A stretch of 64,000 bases of DNA from a virus. Numbering within the stretch: the stretch's first letter is position 1; every line of letters begins with the position of its first letter. The notes under the pieces were generated by a model. The model ran no database searches. It was not told the origin of the DNA and saw only the letters and a program-made list of their open reading frames with translations. Made by a program: the position numbers and the translations under genes. Below, one piece after another: positions 9,764-20,479 of this stretch. The DNA is taken from IMG/VR virus record IMGVR_UViG_3300031963_000020, positions 64,001 through 128,000 of that record. One strand, given 5' to 3'.

Positions 9764-10246
9764 ATGCCATCAGTTAGTAAAGCACAACAAAAATTATTTG
9801 GTATTGTTAGAGCTATCCAAACTGGACGAGCAAAAGCAAGTGATTTTAGTCCAACCGCAAGAAAGTTAGCACAGACTGTGGCAAAAGGTAGTGTAGAAAA
9901 GTATGCATCTACTCCACACGATAAACTACCAAAGAAAAAGGACGAAGTTGCAGGAGCAGTCCCAATCTCCGATTTTCCAGTAGCATCTGACGATACCACA
10001 CCAACTGTATCGAATGACCCACACTTGGTCACCACTAGTGAAGATTATAGTTCTAAGCAAAGTCAAATATTGAGTATTGTAAAGGACAGAAAACCAGCAG
10101 AAGTTGGTGGTGTAATGTTAGACATTTACACCGCAGCATTATTGACTCGTGTATTACACAAGTTATCACCAGACAATAGAAAGAAGATGTTGTCCCTTCC
10201 AACCGAAAAGATGGTAGCAACTGCATATAAGTTAGTAACCCGTTAA
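9764..10246 (+). CDS. Hypothetical protein
   Basis: MPSVSKAQQKLFG N-terminal motif resembles phage head-region proteins. Confidence 0.6.
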   Translation: MPSVSKAQQKLFGIVRAIQTGRAKASDFSPTARKLAQTVAKGSVEKYASTPHDKLPKKKDEVAGAVPISDFPVASDDTTPTVSNDPHLVTTSEDYSSKQSQILSIVKDRKPAEVGGVMLDIYTAALLTRVLHKLSPDNRKKMLSLPTEKMVATAYKLVTR

Positions 10247-10247
10247 T

Positions 10248-10931
10248 ATGGGTAAAACCGCATATATTACTGATTTTGACGATACCCTAGTGCATACAGA
10301 CGCTAGGGTTATTGTTATTGACAAGGATGGAAAGAAAAAAGATATAAGTCCCGCTGATTACGTATCATACGAAAAACAGCCTGGTGATACGTTCGACTAC
10401 TCAGAGTTTGAACAATTGAAAAATCCCCGTCCTATAAAAAAATATGTCAATCTATTAAAGAAAGTCATTGATCAAAAGAAAGCAGATAAAGTAGTAGTCT
10501 TAACTGCTCGTGGTCATACTAAACCTATTGCGCAATTTTTAAAGTCACAAGGTATCACATCGGGTATCACAATTGCTGCATTAGGTGATAGCGACCCGAT
10601 GGAAAAAGCGCGATACATAGAAAAACATATTAAAAATGGATATACCAGAATAGCATTTGTTGACGATGCACCAAAGAATGTAAAAGCAGTCAAAACATTA
10701 ATGGACAAGTATCCACAAACAAAGTTGGTCGTGCAACAAGCACAAGAAAAAGATACAAAACAAGCTGGTGGAACACCAACAAAACAAACACGACTAAAAG
10801 ATTTATTAAAACATCGTATTAAAAATCCACAAACTGGCCGTGATATTTTGGTTAAGAGTGCATTGGGTTATGGAACAGATTCGGTAGTCAGAAAGACGGC
10901 GATGAATTATATCGCTAAAAATATGAAATAA
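10248..10931 (+). CDS. HAD-superfamily hydrolase
   Basis: Motif I DFDDT, motif II LTAR, Lys, motif IV FVDD. Confidence 0.75.
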   Translation: MGKTAYITDFDDTLVHTDARVIVIDKDGKKKDISPADYVSYEKQPGDTFDYSEFEQLKNPRPIKKYVNLLKKVIDQKKADKVVVLTARGHTKPIAQFLKSQGITSGITIAALGDSDPMEKARYIEKHIKNGYTRIAFVDDAPKNVKAVKTLMDKYPQTKLVVQQAQEKDTKQAGGTPTKQTRLKDLLKHRIKNPQTGRDILVKSALGYGTDSVVRKTAMNYIAKNMK

Positions 10932-10955
10932 CCTATTTATTTACAAGTTTTATTA

Positions 10956-11291
10956 ATGGAGATAGTTATGGCAACAGAAGAAACCCCAGTATCACAAGAA
11001 AGTAAGTTCCAAGAAATGTTGTTCAAGATGATGGCTCGTCGTTGGAATATCACGGGCATCGTTCTTGTCACATTTATGTTAATCGTTGCAGGCATCACTG
11101 GTGCAGTGTATATGCAAACACCAATTGACGGTGAATGGAAAGAACTTTTACTTCTTATGCTTGGTGCATTTATTGGTTCATACGGTAAGATTATTGACTA
11201 CTGGTTCTCAGATACCGATAAGGATAAGATGTTAGTACAAAAGATGGACGAAGAAGATGGTCAATCATTCTCAAATACATTAGGTGGCTAA
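10956..11291 (+). CDS. Two-TM membrane protein, possibly holin-like (start may be 10968)
   Basis: Two hydrophobic segments followed by IIDYWF and an acidic tail. Confidence 0.5.
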   Translation: MEIVMATEETPVSQESKFQEMLFKMMARRWNITGIVLVTFMLIVAGITGAVYMQTPIDGEWKELLLLMLGAFIGSYGKIIDYWFSDTDKDKMLVQKMDEEDGQSFSNTLGG

Positions 11292-11303
11292 TAAGGAGGT
11301 TGT

Positions 11304-11522
11304 ATGTATGTAGAAGTAAGAGGGGACAGTCTTGGTGATTTAGATAGAGCACTTCGACAATTCTCTAAAATGGTTAAAAAGGCAGAAATAGTAAACGAAG
11401 TGAAGCGCCGTGAGTTTTATGTCAAGAGGTCAAAGAAAAAAATCTTAAAGCAACAAGAAGCACTTCGTCGCCGTATTCGTGAAGAAAAGAAGGTAGAGAA
11501 GAAAAAGAATTCAGAATGGTAA
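11304..11522 (+). CDS. rpsU: Phage-encoded ribosomal protein bS21
   Basis: 72 aa basic protein; LDRALRQFSKMV...EVKRREFYVKRS matches the bS21 pattern; strong SD AAGGAGG. Confidence 0.85.
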   Translation: MYVEVRGDSLGDLDRALRQFSKMVKKAEIVNEVKRREFYVKRSKKKILKQQEALRRRIREEKKVEKKKNSEW

Positions 11523-11651
11523 AAAATAGTGTTTTTTGTCAAAGCACTAATATATATTATATAGATTACACCTCTTTTGGGGTGTCTATGCTTTTGTATT
11601 AATAACCGTATAATAGTTAAAATAACTATTGAAACAAACGAGAGGCATTAT

Positions 11652-12911
11652 ATGGCAGAAATTACAAACGAACTTCTAAAGCAAGCAATTGCAGATGCAG
11701 ATGCAGTCCGTGATATGGCTATCGCAAATGCAAAGATTGCATTAGAAGAAACCTTCACACCCCAAATCAAGTCCATGCTTGCAAAGCGCTTACGTGCCGA
11801 AGCAATGGAAACAGCAGAAGGTGCGGAAAAGGCAAAGGAAGAACCATTCCAAGACGCAACACACGTAACAGGTGGTGGTCCAGAAGATACTTCCGCAATC
11901 GGAACTGGTGACAACAAGGAACCATCCGATGCAGCAAACTACTCATCGGATATTGATCAAGGCGGTGAAGGTGAAACCGACTCATCAACCGATTGGTATG
12001 ATGATTGGTCAGAATCAGATTTTGACCTTGACGAAGTAATCAAGGAATTAGAAGGAGATGTAAACGCACTTTCAGAAGCTGAAGAAGAAGAACTCGACGA
12101 AGCTAAGCATGAAGGTGAAGAAGAGAAGGAAGAAATGAAGGAAGGTTATAATGAAGAAATGCATGATGATGAAGAAAAGGAAGAGGAAGAGGAAAAGGCA
12201 GACGAAGCAGCTAAGGTTGTAGACCCAACCGCAGATGCAGGCACCCCACCAGAAGCAGCTAAGAAACATTCAGATGCAATGCAAAAGAAGGGTGATGACA
12301 AGCCATCCGCTCCAGCAGTAAATCCTATGGGTAAGGCAGAAGGTGCAGAAGATGCATCAGACCCACATAAGTTCGCAATGAACCCAGCAGAACCAAAGAT
12401 GGAAATGGGTTATGGCGCAGGTGAAGGTGAAGGCGAAGAAGAACTCGATCTTGAAGCAATCCTTCGTGAATTAGAAGCCCAAGATGCTAAGGACACAGAA
12501 CAAAAGCATCAAATGGCATCTAAGATGGCAGATCTTCAAAAAGAGCTAGCAGAATATCGTAAGGTTGTAGAAGTCCTACGAGGCAAGCTTAACGAAGTAA
12601 ATCTTCTAAACGCAAAACTCCTTTATACCAACAAGATCTTCCGTAAGGAAGGTTTGACCAACGAACAAAAGGTTGCAATCCTCGAATCATTCGACAGAGC
12701 AATCAATGTACGTGAAGTCAAGATGGTATATGCAACATTAGCAGAAGCAATGACTGTAACTGCTAAGAATGCAAAGGGACGCACCGTATCAAGTAAGGTT
12801 GTTACCGAAGGTTTGGCATCAAAGCCAACCCCAAGTACAGCACCAAAGAAGGAAATTTTAGAAGAAAATACAGTCGCAAAGCGTCTACAACAACTCGCAG
12901 GCATTCTATAA
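11652..12911 (+). CDS. Prohead scaffold/core protein (start moved to ATG 11652)
   Basis: Highly acidic, coiled-coil; immediately upstream of the major capsid gene; LNEVNLLNAKLLY and RLQQLAGI segments. Confidence 0.8.
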   Translation: MAEITNELLKQAIADADAVRDMAIANAKIALEETFTPQIKSMLAKRLRAEAMETAEGAEKAKEEPFQDATHVTGGGPEDTSAIGTGDNKEPSDAANYSSDIDQGGEGETDSSTDWYDDWSESDFDLDEVIKELEGDVNALSEAEEEELDEAKHEGEEEKEEMKEGYNEEMHDDEEKEEEEEKADEAAKVVDPTADAGTPPEAAKKHSDAMQKKGDDKPSAPAVNPMGKAEGAEDASDPHKFAMNPAEPKMEMGYGAGEGEGEEELDLEAILRELEAQDAKDTEQKHQMASKMADLQKELAEYRKVVEVLRGKLNEVNLLNAKLLYTNKIFRKEGLTNEQKVAILESFDRAINVREVKMVYATLAEAMTVTAKNAKGRTVSSKVVTEGLASKPTPSTAPKKEILEENTVAKRLQQLAGIL

Positions 12912-12931
12912 CAATTTAGGAGATAAATCAT

Positions 12932-14512
12932 ATGTCAGGTGTATCAGAATTTATCAACGAAGCCGGTTCAGCACACCGCGTAGTAGTTGAACAAACCCGC
13001 CAATTGGCAGGTAAGTGGGAAAAGTCAGGCCTTCTTGAAGGCTTAACTGGTCACGAAAAGCAAGGTATGGCAGTAATGCTTGAAAACCAAGCAACACAAC
13101 TTCTTTCAGAAGCAACAACCACCAACCCAGCAGGTGCAGGTTCAGCTGGTGAAAACTGGGCAGGTGTCGCACTTCCATTAGTACGTAAGGTATTCGGTTC
13201 AATCGCAAGTAAGAACTTCGTATCAGTACAACCAATGAACTTACCAGCAGGTTTGGTATTCTTCATGGATTTCAAGTATGCAAACACAGTAAACGGTAAG
13301 ACCGCAGGTGGTTCACTCTATGGTACAACCAGTGGTTCAGGTGTTCTTCCACGTGGTGGTTTCTACGGTGCTGGTGAATACGCATACTCAGTAAATGATG
13401 CAACATTAACACTTGCACCAGCAATTGGTTCAGGTTCAGCAGTTGGTTATGGTGATGTAAACTACAACGATACATACTCATCATCATTTGCATCATTCTT
13501 CAAGTTCGTTGTTCCAGCAGTAAGTTTCTCAAACGCTGACTTCAACGCAGTTCGTTCATTCCGCGTAACAACAAACGTTGCAGGTGGTGCACTTCTTCCA
13601 GAATTCACCAAGTATGACGGAACAAACGTTACACTTATCGTAAGTGGAACATCAGCTCTTGGTTCAATGGTATCAATGTCAGCAGTTGAATACAATAAGC
13701 AACCAACAGACACCACCCGTGGTGACTTCGAAGATCGTGATAACTCAGTAACAAACTTGAACATTCCACAAATTGATTTGGAACTTCGTTCAGAAACAAT
13801 CGTAGCAAAGACCCGTAAGTTGAAGGCAGTCTGGTCACCAGAACTTGCACAAGACTTGAACGCATACCACTCAGTTGATGCAGAAGCAGAATTAACAGCA
13901 ATGTTAAGTGACTACATCTCAACTGAAATCGACCTTGAAATTCTTGATATGTTGATTGCAAACGCAACCACAACAGAATTCTGGAATGCAGAAGTTGGTA
14001 AGGTATGGAACGGTTCAGCATTCGTAGCAAGTGCAACGCTCAGTGGTCAAGCTTGGACATCAATGACTTGGTTCCAAACACTTGGTCAAAAGATGCAAAA
14101 GGTATCAAACAAGATTCACCAACTCACAATGCGTGGTGGTGCAAACTTTGCAGTATGTTCACCAACCGTTGCAACAATCTTGGAAACAATCCCAGGATTT
14201 ATGGCAGCAACAGACGGTGATAAGATGGAATTTGCAGGTGGCGTAACAAAGGTTGGTTCATTCCAAAACCGTTACACAATCTACAAGAACCCATATATGA
14301 CCGAAAACACATTGTTAATGGGCTTCCGTGGAAGTAACTTCCTCGAAACTGGTGCAGTCTACGCACCATATATCCCACTTATCATGACTCCATTGGTATA
14401 CGATCCAAACAACTTCACACCACGTAGAGGCGTAATGACCCGCTACGCGAAGAAGATCGTACGTCCAGAATTCTTCGGTAAGATCTTCATCGATGGATTA
14501 GCAACTGTCTAA
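12932..14512 (+). CDS. Major capsid protein (T4 gp23-like)
   Basis: VSVQPM, AKTRKLKAVWSPELAQDLNAYH, YAPYIPL, PRRGVMTRYA motifs. Confidence 0.96.
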   Translation: MSGVSEFINEAGSAHRVVVEQTRQLAGKWEKSGLLEGLTGHEKQGMAVMLENQATQLLSEATTTNPAGAGSAGENWAGVALPLVRKVFGSIASKNFVSVQPMNLPAGLVFFMDFKYANTVNGKTAGGSLYGTTSGSGVLPRGGFYGAGEYAYSVNDATLTLAPAIGSGSAVGYGDVNYNDTYSSSFASFFKFVVPAVSFSNADFNAVRSFRVTTNVAGGALLPEFTKYDGTNVTLIVSGTSALGSMVSMSAVEYNKQPTDTTRGDFEDRDNSVTNLNIPQIDLELRSETIVAKTRKLKAVWSPELAQDLNAYHSVDAEAELTAMLSDYISTEIDLEILDMLIANATTTEFWNAEVGKVWNGSAFVASATLSGQAWTSMTWFQTLGQKMQKVSNKIHQLTMRGGANFAVCSPTVATILETIPGFMAATDGDKMEFAGGVTKVGSFQNRYTIYKNPYMTENTLLMGFRGSNFLETGAVYAPYIPLIMTPLVYDPNNFTPRRGVMTRYAKKIVRPEFFGKIFIDGLATV

Positions 14513-14546
14513 TCTCTTGATGTAAAAGGGTAACACAATAGAAATT

Positions 14547-14578
14547 GGGGTGGCCGAAAGGTCACCCCTTTTTCTTTT
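14547..14578 (+). terminator. Rho-independent terminator after major capsid gene
   Basis: GGGGTGGCC-GAAA-GGTCACCCC hairpin followed by T-tract. Confidence 0.9.
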
Positions 14579-14633
14579 TATATAAACTAAACTACTATTT
14601 ATACTATAGAGTTTTTCCATTTATGAGATTACT

Positions 14634-15800
14634 ATGGCAATACTAAGTGATGATCCAATAGTTTACGATGGTAACCCACAAGACCCAGACGGCCTCACTC
14701 CATTTGCGTTATTTGATGATGAACCAGCATTTAGAACAGATGCCCCACGAGTAGCTGATTATGTAGCTAATCGTTTAGGATATCCTGTATTGGATGTTGA
14801 ATTAATTGACAAAATGATCTACACATGCTTCGAAGAAGCAGTCACCACATATGGTTCACAAGTTAATCAGTTTCAAGCACGTGAACATATGTTGTCATTA
14901 CAAGGATTGTCAACTGGTAGTGTTTTAACACAAAGAAATATTATTGGGTCATCTTTACCGCAAATCATTCGTTTGTCAACACAATATGGTGTAGAAGCAC
15001 AATCTGGTGGTAATGTGCAAGTAAAAAAAGGATATATTTCCGCATCTGCACTTACACAATCATATGACTTAAAAACATTGTGGGCCGATACATACGAAAG
15101 TGGGTCAGCAATAGAAATTCGTCGTATATATCACTATATGCCATCAGCAGTCGCACGTTATTATGACCCATTTGCAACCACGGGTCTTGGTCTTACAAAT
15201 TTAATGGGTGAATTTGGATTTGACGGATATTCACCACCAGTTACTTTCGTAATGATGCCAGCATACGAAGATTTACTTCGTATCCAAGCAATCGAAATAA
15301 ACGATTTAATTCGTAAAAGTCAATATTCATTTGAAGTATCAAACAACATCGTAAGATTCAGTCCGATATTTAAACAAAGTGCAACAGTTTGGTTCGATTA
15401 CGTAGTGGTTGGTGATAAAGAAGGTGCAGGTAAAACCTATAATACATCTACATCACTAGTATCGGATTATTCAAACGTTCCATATAATCATATTCCATAT
15501 TATAGTATAAACTCCATAGGTAAAAATTGGATATACCGATACACACTTGCATTAGCAAAAGAAACGCTTGGTAATGTTCGTGGTAAATATGACAATGTAC
15601 CTATTCCAGACCAAATAATTAAAATGGACGGTGACCTTCTTCGTCGTGAGGGTAAAGAAGAACGTGAACTTCTTATTAAAGAAATACGTGAAACATTGGA
15701 ACAAACCGGATTACAAGCACAAATGAAGAAGCAAGCAGAAAATGCTAAAATGATGCAAGAATTATTTGGTAAAGTCCCAACTTTAATTTATATCGGATAA
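14634..15800 (+). CDS. Neck/head-tail adaptor (T4 gp13-like)
   Basis: Position after capsid gene; RLGYPVLDVEL and WIYRYTLALAKETLG..RGKY motifs. Confidence 0.75.
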   Translation: MAILSDDPIVYDGNPQDPDGLTPFALFDDEPAFRTDAPRVADYVANRLGYPVLDVELIDKMIYTCFEEAVTTYGSQVNQFQAREHMLSLQGLSTGSVLTQRNIIGSSLPQIIRLSTQYGVEAQSGGNVQVKKGYISASALTQSYDLKTLWADTYESGSAIEIRRIYHYMPSAVARYYDPFATTGLGLTNLMGEFGFDGYSPPVTFVMMPAYEDLLRIQAIEINDLIRKSQYSFEVSNNIVRFSPIFKQSATVWFDYVVVGDKEGAGKTYNTSTSLVSDYSNVPYNHIPYYSINSIGKNWIYRYTLALAKETLGNVRGKYDNVPIPDQIIKMDGDLLRREGKEERELLIKEIRETLEQTGLQAQMKKQAENAKMMQELFGKVPTLIYIG

Positions 15801-15801
15801 T

Positions 15802-16260
15802 ATGCCACGTTTCGTATCTCAAAGAGATTTTAATTTTTTTCAACACATTAACCGTGAATTATTGGTCGATGTGGTGGACGTAGATGTAATCTTATACAAG
15901 ATTGCATTAGAAACCACTGCGATTAACATCTATGGAGAATCAACAGAAAAAGCACGTTATACTGGTGTAGAACTTAAAGCATTAGTTAAATATCCAAAAG
16001 TTCAAACTGATACAAGGGATGGGTTCGGTGTAGACGTAACACAGAATGTTGAATTTAGATTTGCGAGAAGATTGTTGGCAGAAGTAGAAACCTATCCAGA
16101 ACCAGGTGATATTGTAGAGTATAACGGACTATTCTATGAAATAGACATGACGCAAGATTCACAACTTATCGCAGGTCAACCAGAATATTCCACATCACTA
16201 CTTTGCTTAGCACATCTAACTCGTCGTAGTGGTATTCAAATTGAGGAGGCTAATACATAA
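15802..16260 (+). CDS. Head closure/neck protein (gp14-like)
   Basis: Synteny; NIYGES and YPEPGDIV..NGLFYEI beta-rich pattern. Confidence 0.65.
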   Translation: MPRFVSQRDFNFFQHINRELLVDVVDVDVILYKIALETTAINIYGESTEKARYTGVELKALVKYPKVQTDTRDGFGVDVTQNVEFRFARRLLAEVETYPEPGDIVEYNGLFYEIDMTQDSQLIAGQPEYSTSLLCLAHLTRRSGIQIEEANT

Positions 16261-17069
16261 TGGCCGACTATAGTAACAGAAAAGTAACAGATAAAGTAAA
16301 ACAAGTAGTTGATAATACAAAAACTACAGAATACCAAAATCGTGCGTATGACACAAAAACCGATGCATCGGATACACCAATCACGGTTACATTATTAACA
16401 ATTGATGAAACACTTATTAAGTATTTATCTGCAAGAATACAACCTATTTTATCACAAGATGGTAAATCGGTAAAGGTACCTATAATTTATGGTAATCCTG
16501 AACGCTGGAAAAGTGTTCAAAAAGATGGTGTTATACGTGATAAATTTAATAAGATACAACTACCAATCATTATGATACGTAGAACTGGTCTAAAGAAGAA
16601 CTTAAAACAAAACTCACCAGTTAACAAGTATTTAGAACGGGAATTTGAAACTGGATGGAACAAATATAACCCATATGATAGATTTGCCGCAGTAAATGGT
16701 ATTAAACCAGTTAAAAAGTATATTACAACAGTAACTCCTGACTATTTTGATCTTACATATGAATGTATAATCTGGACAGAATATATGGAACAGATGAACA
16801 AAGTCATTGAACAAGTGTCATTTGAGGACGATGAGTATTGGGGTGACAGAGGGCAGTACAAGTTTAGAACACGAATTGATGAGTACAAAACTGATACAAC
16901 TCTACCAAACGTACAAGATAGATTGGTCAGAACTACGTTTACATTAAATGTGTCTGCGTACCTCCTACCAGAGAGAATGGTCAATAAAACAGGTCAAATT
17001 ATGCAGACCTCTCAAGAACGATTTTCAGTTAAAAAAATCGTCACTTTTACTGAATTAGAAGAGGGTTAA
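16260..17069 (+). CDS. Tail terminator/sheath stabiliser (gp15-like)
   Basis: KVPIIYGNPERW, LPIIMI, PDYFDLTYE motifs; synteny. Confidence 0.7.
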   Translation: MADYSNRKVTDKVKQVVDNTKTTEYQNRAYDTKTDASDTPITVTLLTIDETLIKYLSARIQPILSQDGKSVKVPIIYGNPERWKSVQKDGVIRDKFNKIQLPIIMIRRTGLKKNLKQNSPVNKYLEREFETGWNKYNPYDRFAAVNGIKPVKKYITTVTPDYFDLTYECIIWTEYMEQMNKVIEQVSFEDDEYWGDRGQYKFRTRIDEYKTDTTLPNVQDRLVRTTFTLNVSAYLLPERMVNKTGQIMQTSQERFSVKKIVTFTELEEG

Positions 17070-17134
17070 AAGTCGTGTTTCACAAAAATAATCTATATTT
17101 ATAATACGAGTACAGATATACATAAGGAGGTTAT

Positions 17135-17410
17135 ATGACAGAAGTTACGAAGTTAACGGATGAAGAGTTATCATCTGTTAAAAGTTTGCGTGAAGAAATT
17201 ATTGGTTCCATTTCCACAGTGGGTCAATTAAAATTGACGCACGATTTAATGAACGAAGATTTAACATCGGTAAAATCAAAGCTTGAAGAAGAAGTAGTAA
17301 AATACAAAGCATTACTAGTTAAAGAAAAAGGATTAGTTGATGAATTGTTAAAGAAATATGGAATGGGTTCTTTGGATGTCGAAACTGGTGTATTCACCCC
17401 TGAGCAATAA
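17135..17410 (+). CDS. Hypothetical coiled-coil protein
   Basis: SD AAGGAGG; KYG.GSLDVETGVF C-terminus. Confidence 0.7.
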   Translation: MTEVTKLTDEELSSVKSLREEIIGSISTVGQLKLTHDLMNEDLTSVKSKLEEEVVKYKALLVKEKGLVDELLKKYGMGSLDVETGVFTPEQ

Positions 17411-17429
17411 GTAATATTGGAGATTCCGT

Positions 17430-19784
17430 ATGGCAGAACGCATTGTTAGTCCTGGCGTTTTCACACAAGAACGTGACCTTAGTTTTCTAGAACAAGGCGT
17501 TGGTGAAATTGCTGGTGCATTTATCGGTCCAACAGCAAAAGGACCAGCATTTATTCCAACTGTAGTTACAAGTCAACAAGACTTTGAAAACAAGTTTGGT
17601 GCACCTGATGGTAAGTCATTCTTAGGATTGACTGTAAAAAACTATCTTCGTGAATCAGGACGAGCAACTGTTGTTCGTGTTCTTGGTCTAGACGGATATA
17701 GTAATACAAGCCACACACCAGCAATTATTAAAGCAACTGGTACTAGTGGTTCGTTTGTATATGCTGTTATTCATCCTACCGTGTCCGGAAGCGACCTTAC
17801 AGCAGTAAGTGCTTCTGGAACATCAACAAACTTTGCAGTTACCGTTACAAGTTCAAATGGATCATTTACCGGCACAGGATTAACATCAACCACAGCAGCA
17901 GGTGGATATATCGGAAACTTCTTTGGATTTGGAACTACTGGTACAAAGGGTGGATACATCTATTCTATCTTCCCAGAAGCAATAGTAAGTGGTGGTGCAT
18001 CGGTAGTAATGTCAGCAGAACTTAGTGCAGACTTATTGTTCTTAACTGGCAGTACATATGGACCATACTCATTTGCAACAACTCCTTGGATTCAATCACA
18101 AACACTTGGTGGTGTTAACCAAAACTTATTTAAGGTTCATACATTAAGTGATGGCACATCAGCAAATAAGCAAGTAAAAATTAGTGTTCTTGGTCCAAAG
18201 AAAGCAATTGTATCTGGAACTTACGGAACATTCTCACTTCAAGTACGTGACTTTACAGACACAGATGCAAATCCAAGTGTACTAGAACAATATGATAATT
18301 TAACACTTGACCCATCTGACGCAAATTTCATCGCTCGTCGTATCGGTAACAGTGCACCTGTAACCGACCCAAATACTGGTGAACGTTATTTCCAAGGTGA
18401 TTTTCAAAATAACTCAGCATATGTTCGCGTTGAAATGGCAGATGGTTCGGAAAATATATCACCAGATGCATTACCATTTGGATTTGCAGCATTAAAGTCA
18501 CCAATTGGATATTCTGGTTCAGCAGTTCCAGTACCAACATACATTAGTTCAAATTGGGTATCTGGTAGTAGTCGTGGATATAGTACCACCGCAACATACA
18601 ACAGTAACGCATGTTATGGATTTGAATTCTCTGATATTCCAACTACTAATATGTCATACTTGGCACCACTTCCAAGTGGTTCAATAACTCGTGGTAGTGA
18701 CTTCAATCTTGAAAACTTAGCATCAAATGAATTATATGATGCAAACGGTACTGGATATACAGTTGCACAATATCTTGCAGGTGCAGCACCAACATTAGCA
18801 TCACTCTTGAAGTTTACAGTTCCATTCCAAGGTGGATTTGATGGTGACAATCCAGCACGTTTGATTAATATGTACGATGGTATTACATCAACAAACACAC
18901 AAGGATTTAACTTAAGTTCAGCAACAACAGCTGGTTCACGTGCATATAAGAAGGCATTAGATGCAATCAGTAATCCAGACGCATACGATATTAACTTGTT
19001 GGTACTACCTGGTGTTATCTACAACGACCACTCATACATCGCAAACTACGCATTAAGTGTTTGTGAAACACGTGGTGACTGTTTCTACATTATGGATACA
19101 GTGGGTGCAAGTGCAACAATTACAGAAGCTGTAAATACCGCAGCATTAATTGATAGTAACTACGCAGCAACATACTATCCTTGGGTAAGAGTGTTGGATA
19201 CAAACACAAATAAGTTTGCATTTGTTCCACCATCAGCGGTACTTCCAGAAGTATACGCATATAGTGATAATACAGCAGCAGAATGGTTTGCACCAGCAGG
19301 TTTAAATCGTGGTGGAATTCCAGGAGCAGCAGGTGTTAAGGTTCGTTTGGCACAAGCACAACGTGATTCACTATACGAAGGTAAGGTTAACCCAATCGCA
19401 CAATTCCCAGGACAAGGTATCTGTGTATGGGGTCAAAAGACATTACAACGTCGCTCATCAGCACTTGACCGCGTAAATGTTCGTCGTTTGTTAATCACTG
19501 TTAAGAAGTTCATCGCAAGTTCAGCACGTTTCCTCGTATTCGAACAAAATGTTGAAGCAACTCGTCGTCGTTTCCTCAACATCGTAAATCCATTCTTGGC
19601 AAACGTACAAGAACGTTCAGGTCTCTACGCATTCCGTGTTATTATGGACGAAACCAATAATACACCAGACGTAATCGACCGCAACTTATTGGTTGGTTCA
19701 TTGTATCTCCAACCAACAAAGACCGCAGAATTCATCAAGTTGGATTTCAACATCCTTCCAACTGGTGCAACATTCGCTGGTTAA
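17430..19784 (+). CDS. Tail sheath protein (gp18-like)
   Basis: SPGVFTQERD N-terminus; WFAPAGLNRG, WGQKTLQ, DRVNVRRL, FEQN motifs. Confidence 0.95.
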   Translation: MAERIVSPGVFTQERDLSFLEQGVGEIAGAFIGPTAKGPAFIPTVVTSQQDFENKFGAPDGKSFLGLTVKNYLRESGRATVVRVLGLDGYSNTSHTPAIIKATGTSGSFVYAVIHPTVSGSDLTAVSASGTSTNFAVTVTSSNGSFTGTGLTSTTAAGGYIGNFFGFGTTGTKGGYIYSIFPEAIVSGGASVVMSAELSADLLFLTGSTYGPYSFATTPWIQSQTLGGVNQNLFKVHTLSDGTSANKQVKISVLGPKKAIVSGTYGTFSLQVRDFTDTDANPSVLEQYDNLTLDPSDANFIARRIGNSAPVTDPNTGERYFQGDFQNNSAYVRVEMADGSENISPDALPFGFAALKSPIGYSGSAVPVPTYISSNWVSGSSRGYSTTATYNSNACYGFEFSDIPTTNMSYLAPLPSGSITRGSDFNLENLASNELYDANGTGYTVAQYLAGAAPTLASLLKFTVPFQGGFDGDNPARLINMYDGITSTNTQGFNLSSATTAGSRAYKKALDAISNPDAYDINLLVLPGVIYNDHSYIANYALSVCETRGDCFYIMDTVGASATITEAVNTAALIDSNYAATYYPWVRVLDTNTNKFAFVPPSAVLPEVYAYSDNTAAEWFAPAGLNRGGIPGAAGVKVRLAQAQRDSLYEGKVNPIAQFPGQGICVWGQKTLQRRSSALDRVNVRRLLITVKKFIASSARFLVFEQNVEATRRRFLNIVNPFLANVQERSGLYAFRVIMDETNNTPDVIDRNLLVGSLYLQPTKTAEFIKLDFNILPTGATFAG

Positions 19785-19839
19785 TAGGTTATATTTTTAA
19801 CTTACCGACTATTTATAGTAAATCTGTTAGGAGATACAC

Positions 19840-20334
19840 ATGGCAAACAATATCGTAGCCGAAAATGAAATTTTCTTTACGGCGTTCGAACCAAAAGTTA
19901 AAAATCGCTTTTTAATGTTAATTGAAGGCGTACCAGCTTACATCGTAAGAAAGGTCAGCCGTCCAGAAATTCGTCAAGATACCATTAAAGTTCCACACAT
20001 CAACACCGTTCGTTTTGTTAAGGGTGTGTCTGTATGGCAACCAATGACTTTGACCCTTTACGATCCTGTTGTACCATCAGGTGCACAAGCAGTAATGGAA
20101 TGGGTTCGTCTCCACCACGAATCAGTAACAGGTCGTGACGGATATGCAGAATTCTATAAGAAAGATTTGACCCTTCAAGTTCTTGGCCCAGTAGGTGATA
20201 AGGTTGAAGAATGGATTATCAAGGGTGCACAAATTACACGTGCAACATTTGGTGACCTTGAATGGGCAGATACCAGTGATAACGTAGCAATTGAATTAGA
20301 AATTCAACCAGACTACTGCGTATTGAACTACTAA
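19840..20334 (+). CDS. Tail tube protein (gp19-like)
   Basis: Follows sheath; EPKVKNRF, WQPMTLTLYDP, GDKVEEWIIKGA. Confidence 0.88.
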   Translation: MANNIVAENEIFFTAFEPKVKNRFLMLIEGVPAYIVRKVSRPEIRQDTIKVPHINTVRFVKGVSVWQPMTLTLYDPVVPSGAQAVMEWVRLHHESVTGRDGYAEFYKKDLTLQVLGPVGDKVEEWIIKGAQITRATFGDLEWADTSDNVAIELEIQPDYCVLNY

Positions 20335-20357
20335 TCCAAAAAACTCAGGATGTATTT

Positions 20358-20404
20358 ATCCCCTTCGTGATGCAGGTGTTCTATACTCACGAAGGGGATT
20401 TTTA
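20358..20404 (+). terminator. Rho-independent terminator after tube gene
   Basis: 13-bp stem ATCCCCTTCGTGA / TCACGAAGGGGAT followed by T-tract. Confidence 0.8.
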
Positions 20405-20479
20405 CTTATAAAATCTATTTGTATCAATTGAAATGATACTTATATAGAGGTAGAAATATTTTTAACTTGGGTGTGTAAT

